From Candidatus Kaiserbacteria bacterium (GTDB taxonomy: Bacteria > Patescibacteriota > Minisyncoccia > Phycocordibacterales > UBA918): a DNA stretch of 64,000 nucleotides. Position 1 is the stretch's first letter. Each line of letters opens with the position of its first letter. The position numbers and the translations under genes were made by a program. A model generated the notes under the pieces. It made no database searches and was not told the DNA's origin. It saw only the letters and a program-made list of their open reading frames with translations. Below, one piece after another: positions 1-9,839 of the stretch. The stretch spans positions 35,714-99,713 of the forward strand of contig JANPCG010000010.1 in assembly GCA_031430855.1 (NCBI GenBank). Reading direction: 5' to 3'.

Positions 1-1
1 G

Positions 2-3000
2 AACATACAACAGTTTACGCTCCAGAGTGGACGAGTATTTGAAACGACAGGCACCTTTACCCATGCCGCCAGTGGGACAGCTACTACCTGGACTGGTTCA
101 ACCTTGCGGCTATCTGGTAGTGATTCGGCCATTAATCTAAAGACTCATGGCGGAGATGTGTACGGTACTATTCAAACGAGTGGTGATACTGACGCGATTG
201 TATGGAATAGTAGTGCGACCAGTATTGTAAACGCGAGTACCTCGTCATTATATTCAGCTGATCATGCGGGGATTGATGGTGACCTTACTATTTACGGTGA
301 TTACGTACGAACGACAGGAACTGAGTTCTGGAGTTTAGCGACTGACTTTGATGGTGTGGCCCTGACTGGTTCAACCAGTCGTCAAGTTGATGTACGAATT
401 GCTACTGGTTCACGAGTCGGCTTTGTTTCTTCGTCGCTTAATCTCGTCGGCGGTAGTGGTGCGACAACTACAATTGACGCAGTATCTGGTGCGTATAGTC
501 TCAGTGCGACAAATACGACGATTACCGCGCAGGCTTTTAGTTTGGCAGGAACAGACACTCAAGGTCTCGTTTTGCAAGCGTCTACTTCCTTGGCTAGTTT
601 CCAAGACGGATTGTTTACTGTTATTCCTGGTCGGAGTGGTATCACTATCAGTAGTACAACCGTCGCACAAAATCCTTCGGCGCAGTACCAGCGGATTAGT
701 TTTGCGACGACCTCAGCTGGGGTTGGAACGAACGTTACCTTGGTTGGTACCACAAGTTCGTTTATCTGGTTCCGTACCGGTGGAGGCAATCTTTATGGTG
801 AAGCGTATGACGGGGGAGATGCAAATCCTGGATCAATTCGATGGGATGATAGTTCAAACTCGATTACGGTGTCCGGTGTCGTCTATTCAAACGATGGAAC
901 AACGATTCTGGGAGCACCGACGTGTAACGGAACCACGCCGAATGTACGGATTGTCGTAAATAATGGTACGTATACCGCTTCAACTACCTGTGCAGTCGGA
1001 ACCGGTGCCTACTCATTTGCGGGGGTAGCCTACGTTGGTGACCCAAAAATTACGGTCTATCTCGACACTAATGGTGGAGTGCGAGGAACTGCTATTACAA
1101 AAACTCCAACTGCAAACATTACGAATATGCATATTTATGCTGATCGTATTATTACTCGTCATCAAGACGTTGTGCCACTGACGATTTCTGACATGACTAC
1201 CTTTGACTTTGATGATGATACAGATATACGATTTATTGCGACCACAACTGGTTCGACTACGCTCACGGTGCTCCCGAACACTAGTCTGTTTGTGTTTGCC
1301 ACAACAACTTTCGCGCCAGGTGGAAATATTACACTCACCGGTAACGCGAGCTCGTCCGCAGTCGAAGGAACGCTTCAGTTAGCTAATGCGGCGACGTTTA
1401 CGGCAACCGGAACAGAAATGCACTCACTTTCAGGCCGGTTAGTGTTAGCTACAACTTCAGTCTTTACTGCGGCATCATCAACCTTTGTCTTTAACGCGAC
1501 CACTTCTGGCAAGAGTATTACGAGTCCAAATACCGTCACGTTTAATCAGCTCCAATTTACTGGAGCTGGTGGTGGTTGGAATATAACTGCGCCACTTATC
1601 GTGCAGGCAAATATGGATATTGCGACCGGAACTGTTACAGGAACAAATAACATCACGCTCACAGGTGGTTCACTCTCCGGTAATGGAACACTCTCGCTTG
1701 GTTCTGGCACCACAACCATTAACCAAACGAATACCCTTGGCGGTACGAGGGCTTGGACATTTGCAAACTTGGTCTTAGGTAATGGTTCGAGTGTAGGCAC
1801 GTCAACTCCTAATACGAGCGCTACTACGACCGTCAGTGGACGTCTTACTATTAGTAATGTTCACGTCCTCAAGGCTAACGCGACCTTGTGGGATCTCTCC
1901 GGTACGGGTACCGTCTTTACCGAAACCGGTACGCTCGTTGAAGACACAAGCACCTTTAGATACAGTGGAACTGCTTCAAATGTACTTTCAACTGGGTACT
2001 ATAATCTTGATCTTAATAGTGGAGCAGGGTCAGCTACGTATACCGCAGTTGGACTGGGTATCAGTGTGGCTAATAACCTCACTATTGGAGGTACTGCGAC
2101 AACAAACTTTAACCTCACCATCAACGACCCACTCTTAGTGGTTGGTAATGACATTTTGATTCGAAGTAACGGTACACTTACGGCCAGTGATATTGCGACG
2201 ACAACAGTGGCTCGTGATTGGATGAACACTGGTGCATTTATAAGTAACGGCGGTACAGTCACCTTTGTTGGTACCGGTTCTTCTACGATTATCGCCAGCT
2301 CATCATCCTTTGGTAATCTCACAATAAATGGTGCGGGTAGCTTTACGGTAGCTTCGAGCGCTACGACAACTGGTGCCTTCATGCTTACAAATCATGCCAA
2401 CTTTACTCTCTCAAGTGGTCGAACGCTCGCGATTGGTGGCAATTTCACTAACGGACTTGGAGGCGGAGCTACCACGTGGACTGGTAGTACACTGCATCTC
2501 TTTGGTGGCAACACGAAAGTAATTAATGCGTCTACGACCAGCGATGTGTACGAAACGCTTTCGGTCGCAGCTAGTACTAATGTTCGTATATGGAATAGCT
2601 CAGCTACAACGTACAATGCAACGGGCGGAATTTACTCACAAGACCATGCAGGTAGTAACGGAGCTCTAAATGTTTACGGTGCCTTCACTTCAAATACGCT
2701 GACTGATCACTGGAGCTACGCTACTGACTTTGATGGTACGTCACTTGCCGGGTCAGAACGAGCGGTAACGGTCTCGTTTGCAAGTAGTAGTAGTGCAACG
2801 TATACCGGAGGTAATCTCTTTGTAGTTGGAACCACTACAGCCTCAACCACTGTTCAAAATCAAGGTGTTGGTCGCTACACGGTGACCATTGGTACGGGAG
2901 CGACAACGCAATGGGATATGGTGCGAGTTCGTAATACTAATACCACCGGAATTGTCTTCACTGGTACTCCTCTCGTAACTGATTTCTCTCGTACTGACCA

Positions 3001-6000
3001 CATCATTGATATCAATAGTGGTACCGCTTTTACTGTCGGCGGTACCGTCATTGATGTGAATCAAGCCAAGAACTTTACGAACAATGTTTTTGCGACTTCC
3101 TCTGGTATCACGAGTGCAAGTAACGTGACAGCCACTGGTACAACCGTTAGTTCGTGGCGCTTTACAAATCATACTGGTGCGCTCTCAGGCGAGTTATATG
3201 ACTCCGACCCGGCTGGTGATCCAGGGTACTTGGTATGGGACAACTCAGCCGCACTCATCACAGTTTCCGGTAATGTGTACAGTGACGAAGGGTCAACAGT
3301 CTCAACTGTCTGTGATGGCACGACCCAAAATGTTGTCCTTCGAGTAGCTGGACTGACGACCTACACTTCATCATGTAATGCCGGAACCGGAGCGTATAGT
3401 ATGAGTGGTGTGGCATTTAGTCCTTCTGACACGCTCACGGTGTATATAGACGGGAATACTCGCAAGGCGGCGACAGTCAGTTCTGATCCAATTTCTTCAA
3501 TTGGTAACATGAACCTCTATGAAAACCGGGTCATTGTGCGGCACGAAAATACCAGCCCACTTTCGATTGCTGATATGGCAGTGTGGGATAGTTCTGACGA
3601 TGCAGACATTCAATTTACGGCGATTGATGCGGGGACAGATACACTCACGCTTCCGGCTGATCAAAAGTTATTAATTTGGAATGGTAAAACATTTGAACCG
3701 AATGGAAATGTGACCGTCTCGGGTGGTGGTGCAGGTGGTGCTCAAGATGGAACTCTCGAAGCGCAAACGAACGCGGTCTTTAGAGCGCAGGGAACAGAAC
3801 AACATACGGTCGGTGGCAGCTTTATCTTTGGTACCGGAGCAACTTTTGTGGCAGCGCAGTCATCAACGACTTTCACCACGACCGGTTCGGGACGCACTGT
3901 TGATGTCAATGCGGCGAGTTTCGGTAATGTTGCCTTTACTGGTTCAGGTAGCTGGACGGTTACTGATGCAACCTTTGCGACGAGTCGTTCATTTACGCAA
4001 ACGAATGGTACTGTAACCTTTGGTGCAGGCACGACAACAGTTGGTCGTTCGTTTAACGCGACTGCTGGTACGTTTATAATGTCTGGTTCGGCTCTTGTGT
4101 TTGTGAGTACGACAACCGGTAATGTTGTGCGCTTTGATGATTCATCGGTACCTGGTCTCCAATTCGTTGGTACTGGTGGAGCGTGGGCTATGACTGATAC
4201 TGATGCGACAACTACCGGTTCGTTTGCGGTGGCATCTGGTACGGTGACCTTGCCGTCTGGAAACCTAACCGTCAGTCGAAACTTCACTAACACTGGTGGA
4301 ACGATCACTAACAATACGTCGGATATTATAATGGTGGCTTCGTCCACAGCGACACTTACCGCCAGTGGCTCGAGTCTGTTTGCAGTGCGCTTCACCGGCG
4401 TTGGTCCGTTTACTATTGGTGATGTGAATTTAACTCTCTTGGATTCTCTGACGCTCGCAACGGGAACGCTTACTCTCGCGACGGGGACGTTATCTGTCGG
4501 TGGTGATTTCCTTATCGCTTCAGGAACGCTTAACAATGCAAGTGGTACGGTACTCTTTAATGCAACTACCGTAGGCAAGACTATAACGTTTGGAGCAAAT
4601 GCACTCTATAACGTGGTGTTTGGAAGTGGTACGGGTGGTTGGAATTTTACCGGGAACGCAACCACTACCAATAATTTCTCGATTACCGGAGCCACTTCGT
4701 TTACAAAAGAAGCCGACACAACCCTTAATGTTGGTGGGGTGTTTACAAACTTGGTTGGTGGTGCTAACACGACGTGGGCAACTTCAACCCTTCGTCTCTA
4801 CGGTACTGCCGGGTATACCCTTAATACCAAAACGGTTGGGGGTGATGTATACGGCACGCTATTTATTGGTACAAACCTACCAGTCAGAAGTTGGAATAGT
4901 AGTGCTGCTACTACGACCGTTAGTGCTGGTTCATCATGGTATTCACAAGATCATGCGGTGGTCGATGGTAATCTCAATATTTACGGTTCACTTACGATTG
5001 CGACGACTACAGAATACTGGAATTATTCGACGGACTTTGATGGTGCTGCCCTTACGGGAGTTAATCAGCGAGCGGTTGCGGTTCGGTTTGCTCAAAATGC
5101 TACCACTACCGTCGCCTCTGGCGCTCTCCAAATTGTCGGAACTACAACGGCATCGACTACGATTGGTAATCAGGCGACTGGTACCTATGCCCTCAGTATT
5201 CATGGTGGAACGTTTACCGCCCAGTACTACGCGTTCTCAAATCTTAATGCGTCTGGTTTGCAATTTGTTAATACTCCAACTATCTCAAATCTTTCAAATG
5301 GCTACTTTAATCTCGCCGTAAACAGTGGGTCATTAATTTCACTAGCAACCACCTCTCTTGATGCAAATGCCTCAAAGATTTGGACAGCGGTTGCGTTTAA
5401 TGCCACTTCCGGTCTCTCTGGTACTAACGTCAACCTCTCAGGATCATCGAGTAACGCGTGGCGTTTCAGTGGCAGTTACGGAAACCTGGGTGGTGAGGAC
5501 TACGATAACGATGGCGCCACTGCCTGTGGATCAATTCGGTGGGATAATAGTGGATGTTTACTGACACAACAAAGTTATATCCGCTGGCGTAATGATGATG
5601 GTGGGGAAGGTGCGCCACAAAGTGAGTGGTTTAATACCTCCTTTGATTACCGTAAGCGAGTTCGGGTAGTTAATAGTGATGCAAGTAACTATGCGAGTAC
5701 GGCGGTTAAGATAAATGTGACCTACGATAGTAATATGCAGTCCGACTTTGATGATTTACGCTTCACTGCAAATGATGGTACTACTACCATTCCCTATTGG
5801 ATTGAACGCTATACCGCGAGTACTGACGCGGTGGTGTGGGTCCGCGTTCCAAATATTGCCGCGAGCAGTATTGCCACTGTCTTTATGTACTATGGAAGTA
5901 GTACCGCGCCAAACAGTAGCTCGGGGTCTACTACGTTTGCTGCCTTTGATGATTTTGAAGACAATAACATTACCGAGTACGCTGGCGATACCGGTATATT

Positions 6001-7840
6001 CCAAACGGATACCACTCCGGTGTATGGTGGCACCTACGCGCTTGAAGCGTTAAATAAATCGGCTCGCGCGACTGACGGTATTTTCCGCACTGCACTCACG
6101 GTCAGTCAGGGTCAAATCATCCGCTGGATGCAATACATTGATACCGTTGCCGGCTCGGGAGATGAAGCGTGTACCCTCTTTGGGGTCCAGTCACCAGGTA
6201 CGAACAATAATAATTACGCTGTATGTCTTGAACAGTTTGGTACTGATCGGATTGCCATCTCTGAGAATGTTTCAGATAACGATGTGTCTGGTACTGTACT
6301 TTCGTCAACGACAGTAAGCTACACCACCGGGTGGTATGAAGTAGAGGTTGATTGGCAGACTAATAATACGATGAAAGCGTATCTCCGTACTGCAGCAGGC
6401 GCCTTGGTTGCATCAACTACTGCGACTGATGCCTCGTACACCACTGGTGGTATGGGCTTTACCTTCTGGTTCCAAAATGGTTCATGGGATAGCTTTACGG
6501 CGCGTGCGCGAGCTATGATCGCGCCAACAGTGTACTTTGGTGACGAGCAAACAGATGGTGGAGCAACCTGGGCAGCCGCTCAAAATGCACTCGGGTCGGG
6601 AATTCCTGGTACGGTACGTCGTCTCCGGGTCGGAATCGAAAATTCAGGTCTTAATGTAACTGGACAAACCTATCGACTTGAATACGCAGGGAAAGGTGTA
6701 GCGCCAAGTTGTGAGGCGGTGAGTTCTGGTAGTTATACCGCTGTGCCAAATCAAGCGAGTTGTGGTAGTTCTCCCGTCTGTATGCAAACCTCTACTAATA
6801 TTACTGATGGTGATGCTACAACCGACTTGCTTTCGAGTACTACTGGTGCGTTTACGGCTGGTCGAATTGTTGAGAGTCCATCTAATATCACGAGCGCTCT
6901 TAATATTAACCAAAACTTCTACACAGAGCTTGAGTATGCGATTACTCCAACAGTTAATGCCTCCGACGCCTATTGTTTCCGGGTCACTAATGGAGGGACA
7001 CCGCTCGATTTCTACAATAAAATAGCTGAGCTTGGTCTGCAGTTCGATCCAGTATTTGGACCAGTGAGTGTCAATAATGGTAATCCGATTATTTTGAATC
7101 CTGGTACGACAACGGCTATCTTTGCAACAGGTACCGTAACAGATTTTAATGGGCCGGGTGATTTGCAGCGAGCAACGTCAACCCTCTATCGAAGTAGTGC
7201 TGGTCCAAGTTGTGTTCGCAATAACAATAATTGTTATATTAGTAACACAGCGAGTTCTACTTGTACGTTCACCAACTGTTCTGGTAATACTTGTACGTTG
7301 TCATGTCGAGCAGATATTTTCTTCCACGCTGATGCGACTGACGTAGTGCCGTATGAAGGGGAAGAGTGGACGGCGTTCCTGGAGGTGTCTGATACTGGTG
7401 GAGGCTATGATTTTGCATCACCAGTCACAGGGGTAGAACTGCAGACATTACGTTATATGACGGTAGATACTGGCATTAACTACGGATCCCTTGCCGTAAC
7501 TGAAAACACTGGCGCATATAACCCAACTACTACAATATCTAATCTCGGAAATGTTGCATTCAACCTAGAAGTGTCAGGCAGTAACCTGACTGATGGCGGA
7601 TCTTCAGTCATCCCAGCTAATAAACAGAAATTTGCCAGTACTACTTTTATCTATAACTCATGTATCAGTTGTTCACTCGTTTCAACCAGTACCCCTGTAG
7701 TATTGGCGCTTGGTATCACTAAACCGACGGTTGCTACTCCACCAGTCTCAGCACCTATCTACTGGGGAATTGAAGTACCGCTAGGAGTAGCAAGTGTACC
7801 GCATCAGGGTATCAACTACTTCACGCCAGTTTCGCCGTAG
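2..7840 (+). CDS. Giant repetitive secreted surface protein/adhesin, 5'-truncated; ~780-aa repeats, DUF2341-like domain, C-terminal region shared with 12587..14461
   Basis: Frame is open from base 2 (NIQQFTLQSG...), so the 104 start is an artefact. T/S/G-rich. Motif TTWxxSTL...YSxDHA...TDFDG...WDxS recurs 3 times. DUF2341-like segment DFDDLRFT...YWIE...VWVRVP...MYYG at ~5625-5960. Confidence 0.85.
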   Translation, partial: NIQQFTLQSGRVFETTGTFTHAASGTATTWTGSTLRLSGSDSAINLKTHGGDVYGTIQTSGDTDAIVWNSSATSIVNASTSSLYSADHAGIDGDLTIYGDYVRTTGTEFWSLATDFDGVALTGSTSRQVDVRIATGSRVGFVSSSLNLVGGSGATTTIDAVSGAYSLSATNTTITAQAFSLAGTDTQGLVLQASTSLASFQDGLFTVIPGRSGITISSTTVAQNPSAQYQRISFATTSAGVGTNVTLVGTTSSFIWFRTGGGNLYGEAYDGGDANPGSIRWDDSSNSITVSGVVYSNDGTTILGAPTCNGTTPNVRIVVNNGTYTASTTCAVGTGAYSFAGVAYVGDPKITVYLDTNGGVRGTAITKTPTANITNMHIYADRIITRHQDVVPLTISDMTTFDFDDDTDIRFIATTTGSTTLTVLPNTSLFVFATTTFAPGGNITLTGNASSSAVEGTLQLANAATFTATGTEMHSLSGRLVLATTSVFTAASSTFVFNATTSGKSITSPNTVTFNQLQFTGAGGGWNITAPLIVQANMDIATGTVTGTNNITLTGGSLSGNGTLSLGSGTTTINQTNTLGGTRAWTFANLVLGNGSSVGTSTPNTSATTTVSGRLTISNVHVLKANATLWDLSGTGTVFTETGTLVEDTSTFRYSGTASNVLSTGYYNLDLNSGAGSATYTAVGLGISVANNLTIGGTATTNFNLTINDPLLVVGNDILIRSNGTLTASDIATTTVARDWMNTGAFISNGGTVTFVGTGSSTIIASSSSFGNLTINGAGSFTVASSATTTGAFMLTNHANFTLSSGRTLAIGGNFTNGLGGGATTWTGSTLHLFGGNTKVINASTTSDVYETLSVAASTNVRIWNSSATTYNATGGIYSQDHAGSNGALNVYGAFTSNTLTDHWSYATDFDGTSLAGSERAVTVSFASSSSATYTGGNLFVVGTTTASTTVQNQGVGRYTVTIGTGATTQWDMVRVRNTNTTGIVFTGTPLVTDFSRTDHIIDINSGTAFTVGGTVIDVNQAKNFTNNVFATSSGITSASNVTATGTTVSSWRFTNHTGALSGELYDSDPAGDPGYLVWDNSAALITVSGNVYSDEGSTVSTVCDGTTQNVVLRVAGLTTYTSSCNAGTGAYSMSGVAFSPSDTLTVYIDGNTRKAATVSSDPISSIGNMNLYENRVIVRHENTSPLSIADMAVWDSSDDADIQFTAIDAGTDTLTLPADQKLLIWNGKTFEPNGNVTVSGGGAGGAQDGTLEAQTNAVFRAQGTEQHTVGGSFIFGTGATFVAAQSSTTFTTTGSGRTVDVNAASFGNVAFTGSGSWTVTDATFATSRSFTQTNGTVTFGAGTTTVGRSFNATAGTFIMSGSALVFVSTTTGNVVRFDDSSVPGLQFVGTGGAWAMTDTDATTTGSFAVASGTVTLPSGNLTVSRNFTNTGGTITNNTSDIIMVASSTATLTASGSSLFAVRFTGVGPFTIGDVNLTLLDSLTLATGTLTLATGTLSVGGDFLIASGTLNNASGTVLFNATTVGKTITFGANALYNVVFGSGTGGWNFTGNATTTNNFSITGATSFTKEADTTLNVGGVFTNLVGGANTTWATSTLRLYGTAGYTLNTKTVGGDVYGTLFIGTNLPVRSWNSSAATTTVSAGSSWYSQDHAVVDGNLNIYGSLTIATTTEYWNYSTDFDGAALTGVNQRAVAVRFAQNATTTVASGALQIVGTTTASTTIGNQATGTYALSIHGGTFTAQYYAFSNLNASGLQFVNTPTISNLSNGYFNLAVNSGSLISLATTSLDANASKIWTAVAFNATSGLSGTNVNLSGSSSNAWRFSGSYGNLGGEDYDNDGATACGSIRWDNSGCLLTQQSYIRWRNDDGGEGAPQSEWFNTSFDYRKRVRVVNSDASNYASTAVKINVTYDSNMQSDFDDLRFTANDGTTTIPYWIERYTASTDAVVWVRVPNIAASSIATVFMYYGSSTAPNSSSGSTTFAAFDDFEDNNITEYAGDTGIFQTDTTPVYGGTYALEALNKSARATDGIFRTALTVSQGQIIRWMQYIDTVAGSGDEACTLFGVQSPGTNNNNYAVCLEQFGTDRIAISENVSDNDVSGTVLSSTTVSYTTGWYEVEVDWQTNNTMKAYLRTAAGALVASTTATDASYTTGGMGFTFWFQNGSWDSFTARARAMIAPTVYFGDEQTDGGATWAAAQNALGSGIPGTVRRLRVGIENSGLNVTGQTYRLEYAGKGVAPSCEAVSSGSYTAVPNQASCGSSPVCMQTSTNITDGDATTDLLSSTTGAFTAGRIVESPSNITSALNINQNFYTELEYAITPTVNASDAYCFRVTNGGTPLDFYNKIAELGLQFDPVFGPVSVNNGNPIILNPGTTTAIFATGTVTDFNGPGDLQRATSTLYRSSAGPSCVRNNNNCYISNTASSTCTFTNCSGNTCTLSCRADIFFHADATDVVPYEGEEWTAFLEVSDTGGGYDFASPVTGVELQTLRYMTVDTGINYGSLAVTENTGAYNPTTTISNLGNVAFNLEVSGSNLTDGGSSVIPANKQKFASTTFIYNSCISCSLVSTSTPVVLALGITKPTVATPPVSAPIYWGIEVPLGVASVPHQGINYFTPVSP

Positions 7841-7848
7841 GTAATGAT

Positions 7849-9324
7849 ATGATTACACCAATGGTACAACGATGGCTTGTTTTAGGTGGCATTTTGCTTG
7901 CAATGCCTTTTGGTGTGATTGCTCAAACTAACGATTTGGTGGCACCTGAAATCACTAATGTAAAAGTAGCGAGCTCTACCGCTACGAGCATTACCGTAAC
8001 GTGGGTGACAGATGAAAAAGCTGATTCATCAGTTAACTATAGTTTACAACCCGACCTCGGCGTTGTTCGTAAACCACTCGCTGATCGAACCAATCACTCG
8101 ATTACAATTGATAATCTTGAAGCGGGGAAAACCTATTATTTCAGGGTAATTTCTGCAGACGTCGATGGTAATCAGGGTATTTCAGCTGACTATAAGATTG
8201 AGAGTCCAGAGTCATCGTCCAAAACAACAGAATCAACCACGAAAAATACCGTTCAGGTAGAATCACAAACGACCCAAGAAATCGTTGAGCAAATTAATCA
8301 AATTACTAACCCGCAACAATTGCAGGAAATCCTTAATGAAACCATTAAGGCAATTAAAGGAATTACCGAAGACCTCACCATTGTTGGTCCTCCTACCGTT
8401 GAGCCAGAGACAACCTTTGCTGTCGTGAAGTGGATCACTGACCGGCCGGCAAGTGGTGAGGTAGTTTTCTCACCTACAAGTGGGTTTAATGGTTCAAATT
8501 TTGCGTTCTCGCAGTCATCAACCGGAGATCGGACTACTGATCATGAAATTCGTTTAATCGGCCTTGAGCCTTTTACTGAATATAGTTTCCAGGTTCGTTC
8601 AACTGATGAGTATGGTATTACCGGAGAAAGTCGTAATTACACGTTTCGTACCAAAGCGTCTTTACCTGATATTCGTAACTTGCGTATCGTAAAGGTTGAA
8701 GAAAATGCAGCTACGCTTGCGTGGGATACAACCGTACCAGCAAAAGCCTTGATTGAATATCAGGATTTGACCACCGGGGTACAGAATTCAGTCGGTCGAC
8801 CGACCTTGGCGACCACACACCAGATGCGCTTGGCTGACTTGACCTTGGGAACTCGCTACGTAGCCTTCGTGATAGCAGAAAATTCTGGTGGTGACCGTGT
8901 TCGTAGTCAACCGATTCAGTTTATTACCGTGCGTGATATCGCTCCACCAATCATTACCAATGTAACGAACGAATCAACTATTTTTCCCGGTGGAGAATCT
9001 CGAATTCAAACGATTGTTGAATGGAATACGGACGAAGCTGCATCATGTTTGATGACCTATCGAGAAGGAGTTGCCGGGGGAGTTGATCCGGTTACGATTG
9101 AACAAGAGAATGTGCAGTATTCAACCAGTCACGTAGAAGTAATTGTTGATTTCGCGCCAGCGACAGTGTATCAGTTCTGGCTTAACTGTACGGATGAAGC
9201 GAAAAATACCATTCAGTCTGAAAACTTTGTCCTCTTTACCCCAATTCAAGAGAAAAATATTATTGATTTGATCTTGGAGAACTTTGAGTCGACTTTTGGC
9301 TGGGTTAAGAATATAACTAATTAA
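7849..9324 (+). CDS. Secreted protein with several FN3/purple-acid-phosphatase-N-like domains
   Basis: Signal peptide. Repeated motif WxTDxxA...HxIxLxxLxPxTxYxF (LEAGKTYYF, LEPFTEYSF, LTLGTRYVA, FAPATVYQF). Confidence 0.8.
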   Translation: MITPMVQRWLVLGGILLAMPFGVIAQTNDLVAPEITNVKVASSTATSITVTWVTDEKADSSVNYSLQPDLGVVRKPLADRTNHSITIDNLEAGKTYYFRVISADVDGNQGISADYKIESPESSSKTTESTTKNTVQVESQTTQEIVEQINQITNPQQLQEILNETIKAIKGITEDLTIVGPPTVEPETTFAVVKWITDRPASGEVVFSPTSGFNGSNFAFSQSSTGDRTTDHEIRLIGLEPFTEYSFQVRSTDEYGITGESRNYTFRTKASLPDIRNLRIVKVEENAATLAWDTTVPAKALIEYQDLTTGVQNSVGRPTLATTHQMRLADLTLGTRYVAFVIAENSGGDRVRSQPIQFITVRDIAPPIITNVTNESTIFPGGESRIQTIVEWNTDEAASCLMTYREGVAGGVDPVTIEQENVQYSTSHVEVIVDFAPATVYQFWLNCTDEAKNTIQSENFVLFTPIQEKNIIDLILENFESTFGWVKNITN

Positions 9325-9457
9325 AATTATTTATTTCTTAATCCGCCAAAAGGTTCCAGGACTTTCATTAGGGATAGAAAGTCGGAACAAAGTAAAATCA
9401 TACAACCTTACGGTTGTTGTTTTACTTTTCGGTTGGGTTAAGAACATCACCAACTAG
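9292..9457. repeat. Gene 3' end followed by its inverted copy, a hairpin core and a direct copy
   Basis: cttttggctgggttaagaa (gene end), ttcttaatccgccaaaag (inverted, ~9335-9352), cttttcggttgggttaagaac...tag (direct, 9425-9457). Confidence 0.7.
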
Positions 9458-9577
9458 AGCCTAAAAACAGCGAACTTCTTTGTCAGGCTGCAGTAAAAAT
9501 TTTCTCACTGTACAAGGAGTACGGCTCATAAATTTTTCCTTGCCCTCCTCGAATTTCATCTGTTTTATAGACTCTAG
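9454..9577. repeat. ~124-bp CTAG-bounded palindromic element (MITE/REP-like)
   Basis: ctagagcctaaaaacag pairs imperfectly with ctgttttatagactctag. Internal ctttgtc...gtac-N5-gtac...cctcg. Confidence 0.65.
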
Positions 9578-9839
9578 TAAAAAAATCTTTCTCTATGGCG
9601 TTTTATCTTCCGTCGTATTTTTTCCCATTTTGCAGAAGCTATTCACTCATTAGAAATTTTTTTCTTTACCTTACAAAATTGCTCAAAGAGTCTTGCGAAG
9701 TGACTTTATGTCACTTCTCACCTCTCATTGCATCCAATTCTTAAAGTTTTTTAGAAATAAAATTTAATAAGACTAAAGATACATTTATTAACTGTGAGTT
9801 GTCTCGATATATATACAGTGAGCGTGTCATAATACATAA

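Noticed and set aside
3742-5321. Long antisense and alternate-frame ORFs (3742..4578, 4590..5321 and many similar)
   Set aside because: They are shadows of T/G/S-biased real genes, with no motifs or expression signals.
104-7840. Autotransporter or two-partner secretion adhesin
   Set aside because: The beta-helix-like composition fits, but there is no C-terminal barrel or TpsB gene, and the C-terminus matches the 624-aa protein.
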